The position numbers and the translations under genes were made by a program. 64,000 bases of DNA from Auanema rhodensis. Taxonomy: Eukaryota; Animalia; Nematoda. The notes under the pieces are model-generated. The model was given only the letters and a program-made list of their open reading frames with translations, made no database searches and was not told the origin of the DNA. Shown here piece after piece: positions 57,401 through 64,000 of this stretch (its first letter is position 1; each line of letters opens with the position of its first letter). The stretch is from assembly GCA_964057225.1 (NCBI GenBank), contig OZ059896.1, forward strand, positions 17,174,001 through 17,238,000. Direction: 5' to 3'.

Positions 57401-58899
57401 TACTTCTGTTTTTGAAGCATTGAAGAAATTCGAAAATAAAGAAGATTCCAACTTAATAAATGTTTTATCATTGGATGGAGGAGGAATACGTGGTCTTGTC
57501 AGCACGCAGGTTTTTTGCTAAAAAGATATCAACAAATTATTTTTGTTTTGCTTAGATTCTTTTACATCTTCAAAAATATTTGGATGCACCTGTATTTTCC
57601 TATTTTGACTGGCTAGCTGGTACTAGCACTGGGACTTTAATAGCATCCGCTGTTATGACTGGTAAAATAGTTATTTAATTAAAGTTCTATAAATATATAT
57701 ATAGGAAAGTCGTTACGGGATATTCAAAAAATCTACTTACGGTTCAAGGATGAGTTGTTTGATTCATGGTCCAGACCGTACAATTCTGTAGCATTGGAAG
57801 AATTTATGAAAAAATGTATTGGTCCTGATGTTAAACTTAGTGACATAAAATATCCGAGGTTATACGAAATTTTGTTGGATTTAAATTTTTATTCCGTTTC
57901 AGATTCTTTTTTACAACAGTTAGAGCAGATACTTTCCCTGTACAGCTGGAATTACTTCGAAATTATCGTTTGCCACTAAGTGAAAAGGAAAATAGTGATT
58001 TGGGATTTCATAACCCCGAAGGTTCGAATAATTTTTATTTTATATTGCTTGATATTTTTAAGAAATTCCTTTATGGAAAGCAGCAAGAAGAAGTAGTGCA
58101 GCTCCTACCTATTTTTCTGCCTCTGAAGGAAAATTCATAGATGGCGGAATGGTGTCCAACAACCCAACATTAGATCTAATGAGTGAAATTCAATTTTATA
58201 AAAGCACATGTGAATATAAGGTTCGTTTTATTTTTTTTCTTCGATATTTACTTTTTCTTTTATGTTTAGAATGTTTCTTCTAATTTTGAAATAGGTTGTG
58301 TAGTGTCTGTAGGTACTGGCATTACACCTGTATATCCAGTTGACCCATCTGTCTTTGAGGTAAGTATTGCAAATTATTAATTACGTAAATTATTTTTTTT
58401 AGATGAGCGATATGCTTGGCTTATTACGTGGGATGAAAAATCTATCTCTCATGGTGTTGGATCAAGTTGTTCAGATTTTTCTAGGTTTATATTTTGCCTA
58501 TCGTTTCAGGCGACAGCCACTGAAGGAGCACCTATTGCTAGATCACGTTCCTGGTGCCACTCCATGCAAAGACCGTATTTTAGATTGAATTCTCCTTTAT
58601 TTAAGGTTGGTTTCAATATTTTTCAATTATATTTAACATGTAAACATTACTTAGGACATTGTACTTGATGCTTCTGATGACATGGATTTAGTTGAAATGA
58701 TGTGGGACACTGTCATGTATTGTCATACCCATAGGTAAGAAATTATGAATTCAATTTTCAAATTAAATTTGTTTTAAGGAAAGACTTAATAGAGTTAGCT
58801 AAAGTTCTTAAATCAATTGGGACTAATAAGTTTAGAAAGCGAAGGGCTCTTGCTTTTGATTCTTCATCTGATACTATTAGCATCGCGGATACCGCCTAG
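54458..58899 (+). CDS. Ankyrin-repeat patatin phospholipase (iPLA2-beta/PLA2G6-like, ipla family)
   Basis: Ankyrin repeats ([30 protein letters not shown]); patatin DGGGIRG, GTSTG nucleophile, [17 protein letters not shown]; stop TAG 58897-58899; first intron GC-AG. Confidence 0.93.
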
Positions 58900-59565
58900 T
58901 CATTTCTTGTTAAATACTTTAATCGAATCAATTGTTGATAAATATTATTTATTAAGAGAAACCTTAAGGTTTGACTTGTTAAGTTCATTGTTAATAATTT
59001 TTTTTTCAAAATAAAATCATAATAAATTTTTTAACTTCTTTTTTTTGCAGTTCTTATTATATACAATAATTATAAACGTTTTTGAAAAATTTAAACACCC
59101 TTATATGGTATCATAGGATCATAAGTGCTTTTAATTTCCATAGAACATAAATTTTTATGTTCGTACATATATGCAATGCATATTCAATTTTTATTTTACC
59201 CGCCAGTTTTTTTTCTTGTAGTTATAAATGTACGAAAGGCAGTTTTACTTGTGAAAAGAGAAAATAATATATTCCTAGTATAGTCTCTTGTTCCTAAGCT
59301 AAAGTTTCAATGAATGTTCAAAATTTTAGAACGTTGATACTGTCTTAATTTATAAGTATAAATATATTGTATAAGTATATCATATTCCCGTTATGTCGTA
59401 TCATGCAATATCATAATGACCATCTAATTAGAATAAATCGCGTGAACTTTACGTGAATCATTCTGTTTCCATTTTCTATAAGTATTTGCTATGATATAGT
59501 TTGTTTATATTTTTAAATAAACGCATATTGCAATTGAAAACAAAGGTTTTCTATTAATATTTACT

Positions 59566-60978
59566 ATGTCGTGGTATTCTGAAGTCTATATCTGGATTCG
59601 TAAAATAAAAAAAAGAAATTATATTTTGGGATCAGCTCTTGGAAAATTACTAAACTTATTCTTAATTTTACAACTATGCTTTATAGCAATGAGGTATTGC
59701 AATGAAGTTTTGAAATACTTTCTTTTTAATTATAGTGTTTATGCCTTCTTAACTCATGTTGTTGGTCATTTTATTACAAATCCAATTCAGGTATGTGAAC
59801 GATAACAATTTACACTCGTTGAACTATAAAATTAATTGATAATAGGGTGCATTGTACACAATAATTTTTCTTTCGCTGATTATGATGGTGTTACTGTGTT
59901 TATTTTTTACTGTTTTAACTCCCGTAGCTGTTGTTCCTTCTAAATTTACTCTACCGAAAGAAATGGATGAGGAGTTGAAGAAGTATACACCTTATATCAA
60001 TGGTACTTATTCTCCCTATCAATCTAACGCTCTTCAGGTTTTTCCACTTATGAGGATGAGAAATCGAAGAGGTTTTTACAGATGCAAAGGCAGAATGAAA
60101 TCTTGAGCCAAGCGGCTTCCGTTAATAATTTGCTTATCGCTGAATGTGAGAAAGATGGACGTTATAAGTTGGAAAAAGAAATATGCTTTAAATAATGTCA
60201 TATTTATAGGTATTGCTATATATGCTGTCATTTTAAGCCAGATCGATCGAGACATTGCAATTCGTGTGGCTTTTGCGTGCTACGCTATGATCATCATTGT
60301 CCGTGGATAAATCAATGCGTCAATTATAATAATTATAAAAGTTTTGTTTTATACTTATTTTATGCTTGTCTTTCAATATTTTGGTTAGTTAACATTATAA
60401 TCTTTTATGACACATACTTGTCAAGGTTTCTCATTGCTGCTTGCGAATGTGTTATAAGATTTATTATTAACGGAAACTGGAACGAAGACGCTGCTTCTAT
60501 GATGTGGATTATGGCCTCAGTTGTTCCATTAACTATATTTGGGTTGTAATGAACTTGAAATATGTTTCATGTTCTTATAACTTTCAGCTTTGCATCACTA
60601 GGTGATCTCTTAATGTTTCATTATGATTTAATTTCTAATAATGAGACAACATGCGAACAAGTTAAACGCATGTATATTAGGTATGTGCTTTTCTAGCTAA
60701 TAACTTTCACATACATGATTCAAACAGAGGTGACCCAACGGCCAGTTATAATATTGATAAAAAGAAAAACTTCTTACAAGTATTTGGCTGGGGTTTGTGG
60801 CTATTTCCTCTGTGGTCGAGTTTGGAAGATGGAATTCATTATGAAATTAGGTCTTTTTGACATTGCCGTTTTATTCCACATAATCTTAATATCCGGTACA
60901 CAAATTTAAATTTTTGGTTGCAGATACAACCAAAAGAACACAGTTCAATATCAAAGAGTTATATGCGATAATTCATAG
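59566..60978 (+). CDS. DHHC palmitoyltransferase (ZDHHC2/15/20-like)
   Basis: YCYICCHFKPDRSRHCNSCGFCVLRYDHHCPWINQCVNYNNYKSF; four TM segments; NETTCE (TTxE motif); YNIDKRKNFLQVFG (PaCCT-like). Confidence 0.93.
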
Positions 60979-61233
60979 TAAACCCGTTAAACTAGTTTAT
61001 TATTAAAGAAATTTCGATGCAACCAACCTGTATTTAGGTTTTGAGTACAACAGTAATTTACAATTTAAAAGATTCGAGCATAATCCGTATTAATCAAACT
61101 TCAGTTTATACATATAAAACGGCATTTTCTTTTCTTAATGTATGTCTTATTAAGTAAGTCACAACTTTACTAGATTTTGGAAGAAGCAGTACAGATAAAA
61201 CCTAAGTGTCACAACCTAACTGTAGAACAGCAG

Positions 61234-62628
61234 TTATGATTTCGTAGAATCGTTAGTATTCTCGGGCTCGTCATCGTCGTTAAATCTAAAGGAAGTTAAT
61301 GGATTAGTTGTTTTGGAAGCATAAACAAGAGGAAACCTGGTGAGATAGCTGACTGGAAGATGTTGGAAAATAGGATCTCGAATTCTCTTCAGTTGGCGCC
61401 TTAAATCCTCAACCTTAAGCAGAACATATAAAAAAACAAAAGTGGGTTTTCAACCTCTTCTACAAGTTCATTATATCTTATAATGTTGAAATTTTGCTTC
61501 TGTGCCCGTCTATAGAATGCTTTAGTAAAAATACGCTCCCTAGCCGTTGGGTATTCAAAAGTCTTCAATTTGAAAAAAAGAAAATAGTCAGTTTTGCTTA
61601 AATGGAATATGAGTCACCTGTCTAGTATATAAGTAATATCCAAACGTAGCTATAACCGTAGCATAAGTTGCAAAATATGTAACAGGTTCCATAATATCCC
61701 ATGAATATTCCCACCAAGTGAGCCGTGCAAACATTCCTTAAAGGTTTACTATCTATAACAGCTAGGAAACAGAAAAAAACCTGTTTGTATTCCCATCATT
61801 GAGAAACAGCCCCACATTACCCGTTCAGCATGAGCTTCACATTCTTGCTCAATTTTCAATTTATGCTTCAAATGGTAATGATATAGCATGTATTTTAAAA
61901 GCAATACAAACCGTAACCAATGGATTTAATTCCGATTCAGCGTGCTCTAGTTGTTTTATAATCATCTTTTCTCTTTTGATTTTAAAATCGTCTATACAGA
62001 GCGAAGCATGAAGAGTTGCAACTGTTGCTTTCAGATCATCTAATTGTCGTATTCTTAACGATTTTACCGTTTTAAGATCAAATAACTCCAATTACTTACT
62101 GATCACTACTCATCAGCAATTCTTTGTTTAAGGAAGGTATTGAAACATCATAGAATTTGTCATTTAAGCGAAGTTTAAAACTTCCATATAATAATAAATG
62201 CTCAATACTAGTTGAGTTGGCAACTCTAGTCCCTTCTATAACATATGTAATTACAATTGTGTGCCGCTGATTGATAGGACCGACCTGGCGAATAAACAGC
62301 TGCATAATCTATGCCTTTATCTTCCAATTTTAAGCTAGCGCATAAAGAACCAACATTATCACTCACTGGTCTGAGAGAAAATCTGCATGGTTCTTGTCTT
62401 GAAGGCAAGGGAACGGTCAAATGAGGGAGACCTCTATCAAAGTCCATAAAGACAGCGGTCGAAGATGACGGTTGGTTGGATATGCATTGGTTCTGCAATA
62501 GAAATAAGGAGACTGAGACTTTCATCTATAAAACTGACTCTAATTTGTGAAAAAGTAATTCTCTGCCCCGTAAAACTAAGTGAATTATTTACCGAATAAA
62601 GGTAGGCAAGCAAATGCTTACGGGGCAT
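61234..62628 (-). CDS. mcu-1: Mitochondrial calcium uniporter
   Basis: [18 protein letters not shown]; [10 protein letters not shown]; [17 protein letters not shown] (DIME filter); TTTCAG-CGCC-ATG start; 9 exons. Confidence 0.97.
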
Positions 62629-64000
62629 GGCGCTGAAAGCTAATGTGTAAGAATGAAATTGTTTTAAAAAGAAATGAAATTAATACGAAAAAAATAAAAA
62701 ATACAACATATATCTTCATGATGTATATTCACTATGAATCAAGTGGTCTGTTAGCCAATCAAAAACTAAGATTAATAGAGCAAATTGAGCACATTTATTC
62801 TCGAGCGAAGCAATATTGAATTCTGCATAATGGGAGTAAAAATATTTATATTTCTTGATGAGAATAGTGCTAGCTACTGGAAAAAAATTTCAACAGAGCA
62901 AAATTCGAAATATTCATATGAAAAGAGAGGGTGAGAGAGAAAAGAAAAGGGAGAGAGAGAGCAAGAGAAAAATGTAAGAATACTTAGTATAACATGGAAT
63001 GGAGCTCGATAATTGAAGAAATAATCAAAGAGAAGATAGAAGTGAGTGGAGGAAGAATTTTTTCGGAAAAATCCATTTGTGTCACTTCAAATAACAACAG
63101 ATACAAGAGAATAGGATAGAGAATGAGAAAGCGACAACGCTGCTAAATCCTACTAACCGCATGGGAGATTGAAGGAACCAATGAAAGCGACCTCAGTAAT
63201 AGATGAAACACGAAAAATATTCAAAAATAATAATCAATAATGGGAGAATAGCTTTAAAAGAGTAAAATCAATATAGAAATATGGTGCTACAACAACGTAG
63301 AGAAACTGAATTGGCGAATAAGACAGACTAGACAGCGGTTTGGTTTGAAGTAGGGCTGAATGAGAGTCGAAATTGTTTCCAACATCAGTTCCAAACAAGG
63401 TTTTCAATCTAATTTATCGAACGAGAAATTCGGTCCTTGATTCCTGGTAATTGAACTAGTGACACGTGTTGGGAATGATGAAAAAAAGAAAAGATAGTGA
63501 ATATAACATCAGCATTATTTCGGAATGAAATGCAAATCGTTTCTGAATTAGGCTTAAGACTATTCACTCCTTGTCTAGTCTGGTCTTCAAAAAAAGATCA
63601 ATGAGATGCTATAGGAGCAAGGAAGGGTTAGCCATGACTCGGGAAGGCATGGCGACAACAACCAAAGAATTCAAAACGAAAGAAAAACATTGGCTCGACT
63701 AAAAAAAGGCTTTAAACTTTAGTTTGCAAAAATGTTATAATATACAAAATAATTATATTAGTTATAGCTACCCGTGTTGCTAACAGGAGAGCATTGTGAT
63801 AAGAAGGTCAATAACACAGCCATGTAAAACAGTAGTAGGACCAAAAATCAAACAAAGCTTCTATCTTTCATAACCAGGCTTAAGCTATAGCTTTCGACTA
63901 AAAACTTAGTCGTCAGAAGGCCAACAATTGTTTTGAAGACTAGTGTAAATACAAAAGTTCTGACAAAATCGAAATGATTAACACTTGATATTATATTGAA

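Overview
AT-rich (about 30% GC by eye) eukaryotic genomic DNA from a nematode, probably rhabditid; the species cannot be identified from sequence alone. Most introns are about 40-55 nt and TTTT(C/T)AG trans-splice-like acceptors sit just before several start codons, so the ORF track captures only gene fragments. I spliced the genes by hand. In order: partial CENP-C/HCP-4-like gene (-) head-to-head with PQBP1 (+) across an E2F site; Gi-class G-alpha (gpa-16-like, +) with a degenerate mariner just after its stop; nuclear hormone receptor (-); 9-exon His/Asp-rich polypeptide precursor (NLP-16-like, +) missed by the ORF track; two orphan genes (+); NADK2-family kinase (-); single-TM orphan gene with a probable 8.5-kb intron (-); UDP-glycosyltransferase (-); ACC-type Cys-loop anion channel (-); RAD54L2/ARIP4 (rad-26) SNF2 helicase (+); secreted 6-Cys protein (-); 181-aa coiled-coil orphan (+); ankyrin-patatin iPLA2 (+); DHHC palmitoyltransferase (+); mitochondrial calcium uniporter (-). 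The best leads are the exon-per-peptide secreted polyprotein, a candidate non-AUG N-terminal extension, and a relaxed splice code (frequent AAG acceptors, one GAG acceptor, two GC donors). I found no tRNA, rRNA or CRISPR. Family names come from recalled motifs, not database searches.
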